A DNA stretch of 64,000 nucleotides from an uncultured Candidatus Rokubacteria bacterium (GCA_963708025.1 CAVPSB010000007.1:1-64000), one strand, 5' to 3'; positions 38,601 through 50,043 are shown, numbered from the stretch's first letter. Notes: generated from the sequence alone by a model not told the origin. A program made the numbers and translations.

Positions 38601-40208
38601 ATGCGCTTGACCAGAGCCGTTATCGTGGTGGCCGCCGTCCTGCTGCTGCTCGGCAGCGCGGCGCCCGCGCTCGCCCAGACGTTCGTCTTCGGCGCCCAGG
38701 GCGAGCCGGTCCAGTTCGATCCGGCGGTGATCACCGACGGGATCTCGGCGAAGATCACCCGCCAGGTCTTCGACCAGCTCTACCAGTTCAAGGGCGCGAC
38801 GACGGAGGTCCAGCCGGCCCTCGCCGAAAAGGCCGAGCCGTCCTCCGACGGGAAGGTCTGGACGCTCCAGCTCCGGAAGAACGTGAAGTTCCACGACGGC
38901 GAGCCGTTCGACGCCAAGGCGGTCGTCTGGAACTTCGAGCGCTGGATGAACACCAAGCACCCCCAGCACGAGAACCAGCTCAAGGCCGGCCAGACCTTCG
39001 AGTACTTCGAGGGCCAGTTCGGCGGCTTCGACGACAAGTCGATCATCGCCAAGGTGGAGGCGACGGGCTCGCACACGGTCAAGTTCACCTTGAAGCAGCC
39101 CCAGGCCCCGTTCTTACAGAACATCGCCATGTTCCCCTTCGGCATCGCCAGCCCCAAGGCGGTGGAGAAGGCGGGGATCGAATTCGGCAAGAACCCGGTC
39201 GGCACCGGCGCCTTCAAGTTCGTCGAGTGGAAGCCGAACCAGGAAGTCGTCCTCGACGCGAACCCCGACTACTGGGGGTCCAAGGCCAAGGTCAAGCGAG
39301 TGGTGGTGCGGAACATCAAGGACAGCTCGCAGCGGCTGGCGGCCCTCAAGGCCGGCGAGGTCCACGCGATCGAGGGCATCAACCCCGACGACGTCAAGGT
39401 CATCCAGGCCGACCCCAACCTCTACGTCCTTCGCCGGCCGACCAACACCACCGGCTACGTCGCCTTCAACTACAAGGTGAAGGAGTTCCAGGACAAGCGG
39501 GTCCGCCAGGCGATCGCTCACGCGATCAACAAGAAGGCGATCGTCGACGCGATGTACGGCGGGAGCGGCCTCGTCGCCACGCAGTTCCAGCCGCCGCCGA
39601 TGTGGGGGTACAACAAGGAGATCAAGGACTACGAGTACAGCACGGTCAAGGCCCAGGACCTGCTGAAGCAGGCCGGCTTCGCGAACGGCCTGAGCGAGAT
39701 CACCTGGGACGACGGCAAGAAGGAGCCGCTCGTCTTCTGGTACATGTCGCGCTCGCGGCCGTACTTCCCGAACCCCAAGGAGATCGGGGAGGCCATGGCC
39801 GCCGACCTGGCCAAGGTGGGGATCAAGGCCCAGCTCCAGACGGTCGAGTGGGCCAACTACCTCGACAAGCGCAAGAACGGCCAGCTCCCGATCTATATGC
39901 TCGGGTGGACCGGCGACAACGGTGACCCCGACAACTTCCTCTGCTACTTCTTCTGCTCGCCGGGCGCCTCCCGCGAGGGCTTCTATTCCAACAAGCCCGT
40001 GGCCGACGTCCTGCTCCGGGCCCAGGCCCTGACCAGCCAGCCGGAGCGGGCGAAGCTCTACCGCCAGGCCGAGCAGATCGTCCACGACGACGTGGGCCGG
40101 GTGTTCATCGCCAACAACGAGCCCCCCCTCGCCTTCTCGAAGAAGATGAAGGGGTACGTTCCCAACCCGGTCGACGACGAGCGCTTCAACACCGTCGAGG
40201 TGCAGTAG
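38601..40208 (+). CDS. dppA: Peptide ABC transporter substrate-binding protein (family 5)
   Basis: Signal peptide; LRKNVKFHDG, PVGTGAF, GWTGDNGDPDNF. Confidence 0.9.
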   Translation: MRLTRAVIVVAAVLLLLGSAAPALAQTFVFGAQGEPVQFDPAVITDGISAKITRQVFDQLYQFKGATTEVQPALAEKAEPSSDGKVWTLQLRKNVKFHDGEPFDAKAVVWNFERWMNTKHPQHENQLKAGQTFEYFEGQFGGFDDKSIIAKVEATGSHTVKFTLKQPQAPFLQNIAMFPFGIASPKAVEKAGIEFGKNPVGTGAFKFVEWKPNQEVVLDANPDYWGSKAKVKRVVVRNIKDSSQRLAALKAGEVHAIEGINPDDVKVIQADPNLYVLRRPTNTTGYVAFNYKVKEFQDKRVRQAIAHAINKKAIVDAMYGGSGLVATQFQPPPMWGYNKEIKDYEYSTVKAQDLLKQAGFANGLSEITWDDGKKEPLVFWYMSRSRPYFPNPKEIGEAMAADLAKVGIKAQLQTVEWANYLDKRKNGQLPIYMLGWTGDNGDPDNFLCYFFCSPGASREGFYSNKPVADVLLRAQALTSQPERAKLYRQAEQIVHDDVGRVFIANNEPPLAFSKKMKGYVPNPVDDERFNTVEVQ

Positions 40209-40214
40209 GCTGAC

Positions 40215-40245
40215 ACCGGAGGGGGGCCGCCGGCCCCCCTCCGGT
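40215..40245 (+). repeat. GC-rich intercistronic hairpin after dppA
   Basis: ACCGGAGGGGGGCC-GCC-GGCCCCCCTCCGGT. Confidence 0.6.
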
Positions 40246-40271
40246 TCCTCCCGGGGAGGGCGCGGACCACA

Positions 40272-41276
40272 GTGACCCAGTACGCCATCCGGCGGGCGCT
40301 CACCGTGATCCCCGTGCTCCTCGGGGTGTCGATCCTCGTCTTCAGCTTCGTCCACATGATCCCGGGGGACCCCGCCCTCACCATGCTCGGGGAGCGGGCG
40401 ACGCCCGAGAAGGTCGCCCAGGTCCGGCAGCGACTCGGGCTCGACCGGCCGATCTACGAGCAGTATGCGATCTACCTCGGCAAGGTGCTCCAGGGCGACC
40501 TCGGCATCTCGATCGTCCGCGGGGATCCGGTGGCCCGGGACCTCCTGCGGCGCTTCCCGGCCACCGTCGAGCTGGCGGCCTCGGCGATCTTCCTCGCGCT
40601 GCTGCTCGGGATCCCGATCGGCATCGTCTCCGCGGTGTGGCGCAACTCGTGGATGGACAGCGTCTCCCGCGTGTGGGCGCTGGTCGGGGTGTCGATGCCG
40701 ATCTTCTGGCTGGGGGTCATGCTGGCCTGGTTCTTCGGGGTCCAGCTCGGGTGGCTCCCGACGGGCTTCCGGCTCGACAGCGCGACCGACTTCCGGCCCT
40801 GGACCAACTTCGTCGTTCTGGACGCCCTGGTGCAGGGGAACTGGGCGGTGCTCCGCGACGCGCTGCGCCACCTGGTCCTCCCCGCCATCGCGCTGGCGAC
40901 GATCCCCCTCGCCATCATCGCCCGGATGATGCGGGCCAGCATGTTGGAGGTCCTCTCCCGAGACTACATCCGCACCGCCGAGGCCAAGGGGTTGCCGCAG
41001 ACGGGCGTCGTCCTGCGCCACGGGCTGCGGAACGCGCTCCTGCCGGTGATGACGGTCGTCGGCCTCCAGATCGGGCGGCTCCTGGCCGGGGCCATCCTGA
41101 CCGAGACGATCTTCTCCTGGCCGGGGATCGGCCTCTGGGTCTACGACTCGATCGAGTCCCGTGACTACGCGATCGTCCAGGGGGCGAGCCTGTTCATCGC
41201 GGTGATCTTCGTCACGGTGAACCTGGTCACCGACCTGCTCTACGCGGTGGCCGACCCGCGCATCAAGTACGACTGA
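40272..41276 (+). CDS. dppB: Peptide ABC transporter permease
   Basis: IPGDPA, LGLDRP, FPATVEL, DYIRTAEAKG, TETIFSWPG, DPRIKY. Confidence 0.92.
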   Translation: MTQYAIRRALTVIPVLLGVSILVFSFVHMIPGDPALTMLGERATPEKVAQVRQRLGLDRPIYEQYAIYLGKVLQGDLGISIVRGDPVARDLLRRFPATVELAASAIFLALLLGIPIGIVSAVWRNSWMDSVSRVWALVGVSMPIFWLGVMLAWFFGVQLGWLPTGFRLDSATDFRPWTNFVVLDALVQGNWAVLRDALRHLVLPAIALATIPLAIIARMMRASMLEVLSRDYIRTAEAKGLPQTGVVLRHGLRNALLPVMTVVGLQIGRLLAGAILTETIFSWPGIGLWVYDSIESRDYAIVQGASLFIAVIFVTVNLVTDLLYAVADPRIKYD

Positions 41277-41426
41277 TGTTGGTCGCGGCGGGGGCACCGG
41301 CGCCGAGATCTCCCCTTTCCGGGGGAGGCAGGCCCGATCCGTTCGCCGAATGGCGAACGGTTGGGCTTCGCCCAAAGGGCCGTCGGCGGGGGGCGAAGCC
41401 CCCCGCCGAGAGAAGTACGACTGATG
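41265..41426. mobile_element. 134-bp hairpin-rich insertion flanked by a 14-bp direct repeat
   Basis: AAGTACGACTGATG at 41265-41278 and 41413-41426. Confidence 0.7.
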
Positions 41427-42327
41427 GCCACCACCGCCACCGCCGTCGAGCCGATCCTGCTGCCGGCGACCCGGAGCCAGAGCCCGGCCGCCCAGGCCTG
41501 GCGCCGGCTCCTGTCGAGCCCGGTCGCGCGGGCCGGGCTCGCGATCGTCTGCACGTTCCTGCTGATGGCGATCGTCACCCCGTTCGTCCACCACTACGAC
41601 GCGAAGACGGATTCCAACCTGATCCTGCGCCTGAAGCCCCCGACCGCCGAGCACCCGTTCGGCACCGACTCCCTGGGACGGGACATCCTGGTGCGCGTGC
41701 TCCATGGGACGCGGGTCTCGCTGGGCCTGGGGCTGAGCGCCGTCGCCATCGCCTCCGTCATGGGCTCGCTCCTCGGGCTGATCGCCGGCTACGCCGGCCG
41801 CCGGGTGGACCTCGTGATCAGCTTCTGCCTGGACATCCTGCTGGCCTTCCCCTCGACCCTGCTCGCCATCGCCATCGTGGCGATGATCGGCCCCGGGCTC
41901 CGCAACTCGCTCCTGGCGATCAGCCTGGTCTCGATCCCGATCTACGCCCGGATCGCGCCGAGCCGCCGTGCTCGAGCTGCGGGAGCAGGAGTTCGTGACG
42001 GCGGCCCGGGGCCTGGGCGGCGGCGCCCAACGCGTCCTCATGCGGCACATCTTCCCCAACACGCTGCCGCCGCTCATCGTCCAGACGACGCTGGCCATAG
42101 CCTTCGCCATCCTGGAGGCGGCCGCCCTCGGCTTCCTCGGCCTCGGTGCCCAGCCGCCGACGCCGGAGTGGGGCGCGATGCTGGCCGACTCCTACAAGTA
42201 CTTCACGAGCGGCGCCTGGTGGGTGTTCTTCTTCCCCGGGGCGGCCATCATGCTCTCGGTGCTCGGCTTCAACCTGCTGGGCGACGGGCTCCGCGACGCC
42301 CTCGACCCGCGCATGCGCACGGACTGA
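41424..42327 (+). CDS. dppC: Peptide ABC transporter permease (frameshift near 41960)
   Basis: HPFGTDSLGRDIL in one frame; EFVTAAR, HIFPN, GAQPPTPEWG, GDGLRDALDP in the next. Confidence 0.88.
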
Positions 42328-42435
42328 AGTGCTCTGAAGGAACTGCCGCGGATGCGTGACCGAGGAAAAATCCGGAGGGGGGTCCGGGGAGGAGCGCGCT
42401 AGCTCCCCCGGCCCGAACAATCCCGGAGGTATCGA

Positions 42436-43393
42436 ATGCGGACGCTGTACGCTCCGATCGAGGCCTACGAGCAGGGGAGCCTGAAGGTCTCGCCGCTCCA
42501 CACCCTCTACTACGAGCAGTGCGGCAACCCGGCGGGGACGCCGGTGGTCTTCCTCCACGGCGGGCCCGGCGGCGGCATCGATGCCGGACCATCGCCGCTT
42601 CTTCGATCCCGAGGCCTACCGCATCGTCCTCTTCGACCAGCGCGGCGCCGGCAAGAGCACGCCGCACGCGGCGCTCGAGGAGAACACGACCTGGGACCTG
42701 GTCGCCGACATCGAGCGGCTGCGGGCCCACCTCGGCATCGACCGGTGGGACGTCTTCGGCGGCTCGTGGGGGAGCACCCTCGCCCTCGCCTACGCCGAGA
42801 CCCACCCCGACCGCGTCCGCGCCCTCGTCCTCCGCGGGCATCTTCCTCTGCCGGCCGAAGGAGATCCGACTGGTTCTACCAGGAAGGCGCCAATGCCATC
42901 TTCCCGGACCGCTGGGAGGAGTACCTCGCGCCCGATCCCCGAGGCCGAGCGCGGCGACCTCGTGCACGCCTACTACCGGCGACTCGACCGAGCGACGACC
43001 AGGCGGTGCGGCTCGCGGCCGCCCAGGCCTGGAGCGTCTGGGAGGGGAGCACCTGCCGCCTTCTCCCCGACCCGACGCTCGTCGGCCGATTTCGGGGACC
43101 CTTACCGGCGCTGGCCCTCGCCCGCATCGAGTGCCACTACTTCGTCAACAACGGCTTCTTCGACGCCGACGACTGGCTCCTCGACACGTCCAGGCCGATC
43201 CGCCACATCCCCGGCGGTGATCGTCCAGGGCCGCTACGACGTCGTCTGCCCCGCGATGAGCGCCTGGGACCTCCACCGGGCCTGGCCCGAGGCGGAGCTC
43301 GCCATCGTGCCCGACGCCGGACATCATGCCCTCGAGCCGGGGATCATCGACGCGCTCGTCGCCGCCACCGACCGGTTCCGCGCCGCGCCGTAA
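42436..43393 (+). CDS. pip: Proline iminopeptidase (several frameshifts)
   Basis: LHGGPG, FDQRGAGKS, FGGSWGSTL, ARIECHYF, VQGRYD spread over three frames. Confidence 0.88.
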
Positions 43394-43394
43394 C

Positions 43395-44483
43395 ATGGGC
43401 CGCGCCCGCCTCCGCGATCTCGGGATCGAGCTCGGCCACTGGCCGACGGGCCCCCTCAATGCGATCACCGACGTCCCGGGGGTCCTGGTCGGCCACGCCA
43501 GCGTGATCCGCGACGTCCCGCGGGTCGCCCGGACCGGCGTGACCGTGATCGTCCCCGCCGAGGACGTCGGCCGGCGGTTGCAGGTCTTCGCCGGCTACGA
43601 GTCCCTGAACGGCAACGGCGAGATGACGGGTCTCCTGTGGGTCGCCGAGTCGGGATTCCTGACGACGCCGATCGGGATCACCAACACCCAGGACGTGGGC
43701 ACCGTCCGGGATGCGATCTCGTCCCAGCTGTTCGAGCGGCATCCCGAGGCCCGCTTCTTCCTGCCGGTCGCGGCCGAGACCTACGACGGCTGGCTCAGCG
43801 ACATCAGGGGCGCCCACGTGACGAAGGCCGAGGTCGCCGAGGCGCTGGGGGCCGCCCGGGACGGCCCGGTGGCCGAAGGCAACGTCGGCGGCGGCACCGG
43901 CATGATCTGCCACGAGTTCAAGGGCGGGATCGGCACGGCCTCCCGGGCCGTGACCACGCGGAGCGGGCAGTACACCGTGGGCGCCCTCGTCCAGGCGAAC
44001 TACGGGCACCGCCGGCTCCTCCGGGTCGACGGCGTGCCGGTCGGCCGGGAGATCGGTCACGACCGGGTCCCGAGCGCCTGGGGGCACCCGCGTCACGACG
44101 GCTCCATCATCGCGGTGATCGCGACCGACGCCCCGCTGATCGCCGGGCAGTGCGTCCGGCTCGCCAAGCGGGCGACGGTGGGCCTGGCCCGCGCGGGCGG
44201 GGTCGCCCACAACGGGAGCGGCGACATCTTCCTCGCCTTCGCCACCGGCAACGCGGTGCCGGCCGCCCCGCCCGCCCCGGTCGAGGTCAGGATGCTGCCG
44301 AACGAGCACATGGATCCGCTCATCGAGGGCGCGGCCGAGGCCGTCGAGGAGTCGATCCTCAACGCGCTCACCGCCGCCGAGACGATGACCGGCTTCCAGG
44401 GCCATCAGGCCCACGCCATCCCGCTGGACGACCTGGGGCTGGTGATGCAGCGGTACGGGAGAAGGGCCGGAGCTTCCTCGTGA
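43395..44483 (+). CDS. dmpA: DmpA/P1 family (S58) aminopeptidase
   Basis: NAITDVPGV, RTGVT, NGNGEMTG, EGNVGGGTGM, KGGIGTASR, DGSII, GSGDIF. Confidence 0.9.
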   Translation: MGRARLRDLGIELGHWPTGPLNAITDVPGVLVGHASVIRDVPRVARTGVTVIVPAEDVGRRLQVFAGYESLNGNGEMTGLLWVAESGFLTTPIGITNTQDVGTVRDAISSQLFERHPEARFFLPVAAETYDGWLSDIRGAHVTKAEVAEALGAARDGPVAEGNVGGGTGMICHEFKGGIGTASRAVTTRSGQYTVGALVQANYGHRRLLRVDGVPVGREIGHDRVPSAWGHPRHDGSIIAVIATDAPLIAGQCVRLAKRATVGLARAGGVAHNGSGDIFLAFATGNAVPAAPPAPVEVRMLPNEHMDPLIEGAAEAVEESILNALTAAETMTGFQGHQAHAIPLDDLGLVMQRYGRRAGASS

Positions 44484-44522
44484 GAGGTCTTCGTTCCGTT
44501 CGGGGGCCGGGGGTCACGCCGG

Positions 44523-44551
44523 TTGAACTCCCGTGAGCCGGGGCGTATAGT
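44523..44551 (+). promoter_or_regulatory. Sigma70-type promoter of the thi operon
   Basis: TTGAAC, 17-bp spacer, TATAGT directly before the riboswitch. Confidence 0.7.
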
Positions 44552-44562
44552 GACTAGCGAGA

Positions 44563-44651
44563 GCCGCGGGGGGAGAGCCACTGAGAACCGGGTGCTCGAG
44601 CCCGGGACCCCTCGAACCTGCTCCGGGTAATTCCGGCGAAGGGAACGCGGC
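44563..44651 (+). ncRNA. TPP riboswitch
   Basis: P1 GCCGCG/CGCGGC; GGGG..CTGAGA..ACCC..GAACCTG..GGTAAT.CC.GCG.AGGGA upstream of thiS. Confidence 0.93.
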
Positions 44652-44679
44652 GCGGCAGCCCGACGACGCAGCGACGGCA

Positions 44680-44708
44680 GACCGCACCGTGTCCCGGTGC
44701 GGTTTTTT
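44680..44708 (+). terminator. Intrinsic terminator (riboswitch expression platform)
   Basis: ACCGCACCG-TGTCC-CGGTGCGGT followed by a T run, just before the thiS ATG. Confidence 0.85.
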
Positions 44709-44713
44709 CGTTC

Positions 44714-44918
44714 ATGCGAATCGTCGTCAACGGGCAGCCGATGGAAGTCAGCGACGGGGCGAGCCTGGAGCAGCTCCTGGGGGAGCTGAAGGTGCGCCGC
44801 GCAGTTCACCGCCGTGGCGCTCAACCGGGAGGTGGCGCCCAGGTCGGGTTACGCGACGACCATCCTGCGCGAAGGCGACCGGGTGGAGATCGTCCATCCG
44901 ATGGCCGGCGGACGCTGA
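44714..44918 (+). CDS. thiS: Sulfur carrier ThiS (frameshift near 44800)
   Basis: MRIVVNG...; AVALNREV...LREGDRVEIVHPMAGGR in a second frame. Confidence 0.85.
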
Positions 44919-44934
44919 AAAGGAGGAGGCGACG

Positions 44935-45783
<849 letters not shown>

Positions 45784-45799
<16 letters not shown>

Positions 45800-46423
45800 T
45801 GTTCCGCCTCTGCCTGGTGACCGACCGCCGGGCCACGGCGGGCCGACCGCTGCTCGGCGGTCGTCGAGGCGTGCCTGGGCGCCGGCCTCCGCGCCGTCCA
45901 GCTCCGCGAGAAGGATCTGCCGGCCCGCGATCTCCTCCACCTGGCGACCGACCTGCGGGCCCTGACCGCCCGTCACCGGGCGCGCCTCGTCGTCAACGAC
46001 CGCGTCGACGTCGCCCTCGCGGTCGGCGCCGACGGCGTGCACCTTCCCGGCGCCGGCCTGCCGCCGGCCGCCGCGCGCGCTCTCGTGGGACCGGAGCGTC
46101 TCGTCGGCGTCTCGACCCACTCGGCGGCAGAGGCCGAGGCCGCCGCGACGGAGGGTGCCGACGTCGTGTTCTTCGGTCCGATCTACGACACCCCGTCCAA
46201 GCGATCGTTCGGCGAGCCCCGGGGGCTGGCGGAGCTGACCGTGGCCTGCCGGAAGACCCGGCTGCCGGTGATCGCGATCGGGGGCGTGACCGCCGTCCGG
46301 GTGCCGGAAGTGCGGGAGGCCGGGGCCGCCGGGGTGGCCGTCATCCGCGCGTTGCTCGAGGCCGAGGACCCGGCCGCCGCCACCAAGGCGCTGCTCGCCG
46401 CCTGCGAGCGGGCCTGGCCATGA
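45784..46423 (+). CDS. thiE: Thiamine-phosphate synthase family (frameshift near 45855)
   Basis: LCLVTDR, VQLREKDL, VNDRVDVA, GVHL, GVSTHS, TPSK, AIGGV. Confidence 0.85.
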
Positions 46424-47599
46424 GCGTGTCGCGTCGTCCCGACGTCGTCGTGATAGGCGCGGGCGCCATCGGCGCCGCCTGCGCCTACGAGCTGGCCGTC
46501 GCCGGCTCGCGGGTCACCGTGATCGAGCGGACCGAGCCGGGTGCCGAGGCCTCCGGTGCCTCGGCCGGGATGCTGTCGGCCTTCACCGGGGAGCGGGCCG
46601 GCCCCGCCGGCGAGCTGTACCGCATGAGCCGGGACCTCTACGAGCCGCTCGCCAGGGCTCTCCTCGACGAGTCGGGGGTGGACATCCACCACGAGCGGGG
46701 AGGGCCACCTCGAGCTGTGCATGGGCGAGGACGACGTCCGCCGGGCGCGGAAGCTGGCGGCCGACCAGGGGCGCGACCCGGAGCGGATCGAGTTCCTCAC
46801 CGCCGAAGAGGTCCGGGATCTCGAGCCCGAGGTGACCCTGGAGGCCAGAGGTGGGCTGTTCCTGCCCCGGAACGAGTGGGTGAACGCTGGCCAGCTGGTT
46901 ACCGCGCTCGTCCGGACGGCGACGATCCGTGGGGTCCGATTCCTCCTGGGCCAGCCGGTGGAGGAGCTCCTCCGATCGGGCGGGCGGGTCACCGGGGTGC
47001 GCGCCCGGGGCATCGGCACGGTCGAGGCAGGGGCGGTCGTGCTGGCGGCGGGGGCGTGGGCGAGCGAGATCGCGGGAGTGCCGCCCGAGCTGCGGCTGCG
47101 GCCGGTGAAGGGGCAGATGCTGGCCCTCGCCAACGATCCGCCCCTCATCTCGCGCGCGGTGGTCCGAGAGGAGATCTACCTGGTGCCCCGCTCCACCGGC
47201 GAGTGCCTGGTGGGTGCGACCGTGGAGGACGGCGTGGTCGACAAGACCGTCACCCCGTCCGCGCTGCACTGGCTGATCACCGAGGCGCTCACGACCGTCC
47301 CCGCCTTCGGGCGCGCGCCGTTCCTTCGCGCGTGGGCCGGCCTTCGTCCCGCGAGCTCGGACGGGCTGCCGGTGGTGGGACCGTGGCCCGACCTTCCCGG
47401 CCTCCACGTCGCTACCGGTCACTTTCGGAGCGGCATCCTGCTGACCCCGGTCACGGCCCAGATCATTCGCGACTGGATCACGAAGGGCCGCTGCGAGCTG
47501 CCGGCCGACCGATTCCTGCCGGACCGGCTGGTGAAGAAGCCTCGGGTTCCGGCGCCACCCTCCGCCCAGCCGAGCGGTGGGCAGGACGTCCCGAGCTGA
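46420..47599 (+). CDS. thiO: Glycine oxidase (frameshift near 46700)
   Basis: VIGAGAIG, ASGASAGML, PVKGQM, WAGLRP, GHFRSGILL. Confidence 0.88.
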
Positions 47600-47603
47600 C
47601 GCC

Positions 47604-48425
47604 GTGTACGGCACGCCTCCCGCCCCCTATCCCCAGCGAATCGTCTGCCTGACCGCCGAGACCACGGAAGTCGCCTTCGCCCTGGGGGCCGGCGCCCGGG
47701 TCGTCGGCGTCTCCGGGGCCGCGACCCGACCTCCCGAGGCCCGCGAGAAGCCGAAGGTCGGCGGATTCACGACGTTCCGGCTCGACAAGATCCTGGCCCT
47801 CCAGCCGGACCTCGCCCTCGCCTTCTCCGACCTCCAGGCGGACGTGGTCCGCGACCTGGTCCGGGCCGGCGTCCCGGTGCTGGCGCTGAACCAGCGCAGC
47901 CTGGCGGACGTCTTCCGCGCCATCCTCCTCATCGGCGGCGTCCTCGGCTGCGACGCCGGGGCCCGGGCGCTGATCGCGGACATGCAGGACGAGATCCGGC
48001 AGATCCGCGAGTTCTCGAGCATCTGGCCCGACCGCCCCCGCGTCTACTTCGAGGAGTGGGACGAACCGCCGATCGCCGGGATCCGATGGGTGTCCGAGCT
48101 GGTGGAGATCGCCGGCGGCCAGGATGTCTTCCCGGAGCTCCGCGACCGCGCCGACGCCCGGGGGCGGGTCGTGGACCTGGCCGAGGTGGCCCGGAGAGCG
48201 CCGCAGATCGTGGTGGCTTCCTGGTGCGGCAAGCCCGTGGATGTCGATGCCATCCGGCGGCGCCCCGGCTGGGAGACGATCGACGCGGTCCGGGACGGCC
48301 GGGTGTACTCCATCGCCTCCGCCGACGTCCTGGCCCCCGGCCCGTCGCTCCTGCGAGGGCTCCGGACCCTCCACGACATCGTCCAGGCGTACGTCACCGG
48401 GGCCCCGTTCAACCCTTCGGACTGA
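47604..48425 (+). CDS. BtuF-like (cobalamin/Fe-siderophore-type) substrate-binding fold protein without signal peptide
   Basis: PQRIVCLT.ETTE, FSDLQAD, VYFEEWDEP, WVSEL, SWCGK. Confidence 0.8.
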   Translation: MYGTPPAPYPQRIVCLTAETTEVAFALGAGARVVGVSGAATRPPEAREKPKVGGFTTFRLDKILALQPDLALAFSDLQADVVRDLVRAGVPVLALNQRSLADVFRAILLIGGVLGCDAGARALIADMQDEIRQIREFSSIWPDRPRVYFEEWDEPPIAGIRWVSELVEIAGGQDVFPELRDRADARGRVVDLAEVARRAPQIVVASWCGKPVDVDAIRRRPGWETIDAVRDGRVYSIASADVLAPGPSLLRGLRTLHDIVQAYVTGAPFNPSD

Positions 48426-48577
48426 GCTGAAGTCAAGGCTGAGTCGAACTCATGGAAGCTACTGACATATAATATCTTGTCTCGCTTCTGACACGCTCCG
48501 GATCGGCCGGGATCCCTGTGGTACGATGGAGGCAGTCGGTACGAGCAGCCACCCCCGGCTCCAGGAGACCCTCCCGG

Positions 48578-50038
48578 ATGGAATCAGCGGCCCCGGTCCG
48601 GACAGCTCAGGCCCCCGAGCGCTTCTTCGCCGACCGCTATGGCCTCACCCCCAGCCGACTCGAGCGGCTCCTCGGCTCGGCCGGTGGGGGACCCGTGGAC
48701 TACGCAGACATCTACCTCGAGCACCAGGTGAACGAGGAGATCGCGCTCGAGGACGGGGTGGTCAAGACGGCGTCGCGGACGATCAGCCAGGGCGCGGGCG
48801 TCCGGGCGCAGGCCGGGGTCCGGACCGGCTACGCCTACACGGACGACCTGGCCATCGAGCACCTGGAGCTGGCGGCCCGCCAGGCCCAGGCCATCGCCGA
48901 GCGGAGCGGCCGCTCGGGGGTGGTGCCGGTCAGGGGGGAGCGCGGGCCCCACGACCTCTACCGGCTGGCGGAGCCGCCCATCGACGCCGACCTGAGGCGC
49001 AAGGTGGACCTCCTCCGGCGGGTCGACGCGCTGGGCCGGGGTCACGATCCGCGGGTGCGCCAGGTGATCGCGACCCTCTGGAGCGAGGAGCAGCAGGTGC
49101 TCCTCGCCACCTCGGGTGGCTGGCAGGTCGGCGACGTCCGGCCGCTCACCCGGCTGAACGTCACCGTGGTCGTGGAGGAGAACGGCCGCCGCGAGATCGG
49201 CGGGTTCGGCGGCGGGGGTCGTGTCGGCTTCGACTTCTTCCTCGAGTCGGAGCGCTGGGCCGGCTACACGCGCGAAGCCGCCCGGCAGGCCGTGGTGAAG
49301 CTCTCGGCCGTCAACGCCCCGGCCGGCACCATGACCGTCGTGCTGGCGCCAGGCTGGCCGGGCATCCTCCTCCACGAGGCGGTGGGGCACGGCCTGGAAG
49401 GCGACTTCAACCGCAAGGGCGTCTCGGCCTTCACCGGCCGGCTCGGCCAGAAGGTCGCCTCGGAGCTGGTCACGGTGGTGGACGACGGAACGCTCGCCAA
49501 CCGCCGCGGCTCGCTCAACGTGGATGACGAGGGCACGCCCACCGGGCGCACGGTGCTGATCGAGAACGGGATCCTGCGCGGCTACATGCAGGACCGGCTG
49601 AACGCCCGGCTCCTCGGCATGCCGCTCACCGGGAACGGGCGGCGCGAGTCGTTCCAGCACCCGCCGATGCCGCGCATGACCAACACGTTCATGCTGGCCG
49701 GCCAGGACGACCCCGAGGAGATCATCCGGTCCGTGCCCCGGGGCCTCTACGCGGTTTCGTTCGGCGGCGGCCAGGTCGACATCACCAACGGGAAGTTCGT
49801 CTTCTCGGCGAGCGAGGCCTACCTGATCGAGGACGGCCGCATCACGGCGCCGGTCAAGGGGGCGACGCTGGTCGGCTCGGGGCCGGAGGTCCTGACCCGG
49901 GTGAGCCGGGTGGGCCACGACCTCCGGCTCGACGAGGGGATCGGGACCTGCGGCAAGGACGGCCAGTCGGTTCCGGTCGGGGTCGGGTTGCCGACGATCA
50001 GGGTGGACGGCATCACCGTGGGCGGGACGGAGGTCTAG
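48578..50038 (+). CDS. tldD: Metalloprotease TldD
   Basis: GWPGILLHEAVGHGLEGDFNRK, PRMTNT, GTCGKDGQSVPVGVG.PT. Confidence 0.95.
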   Translation: MESAAPVRTAQAPERFFADRYGLTPSRLERLLGSAGGGPVDYADIYLEHQVNEEIALEDGVVKTASRTISQGAGVRAQAGVRTGYAYTDDLAIEHLELAARQAQAIAERSGRSGVVPVRGERGPHDLYRLAEPPIDADLRRKVDLLRRVDALGRGHDPRVRQVIATLWSEEQQVLLATSGGWQVGDVRPLTRLNVTVVVEENGRREIGGFGGGGRVGFDFFLESERWAGYTREAARQAVVKLSAVNAPAGTMTVVLAPGWPGILLHEAVGHGLEGDFNRKGVSAFTGRLGQKVASELVTVVDDGTLANRRGSLNVDDEGTPTGRTVLIENGILRGYMQDRLNARLLGMPLTGNGRRESFQHPPMPRMTNTFMLAGQDDPEEIIRSVPRGLYAVSFGGGQVDITNGKFVFSASEAYLIEDGRITAPVKGATLVGSGPEVLTRVSRVGHDLRLDEGIGTCGKDGQSVPVGVGLPTIRVDGITVGGTEV

Positions 50039-50043
50039 CGGTC

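Noticed and set aside
48426-48517. AT-rich patch upstream of tldD as an RNA gene or foreign DNA
   Set aside because: Short, contains TATAAT and has no evident structure; most simply a promoter region.
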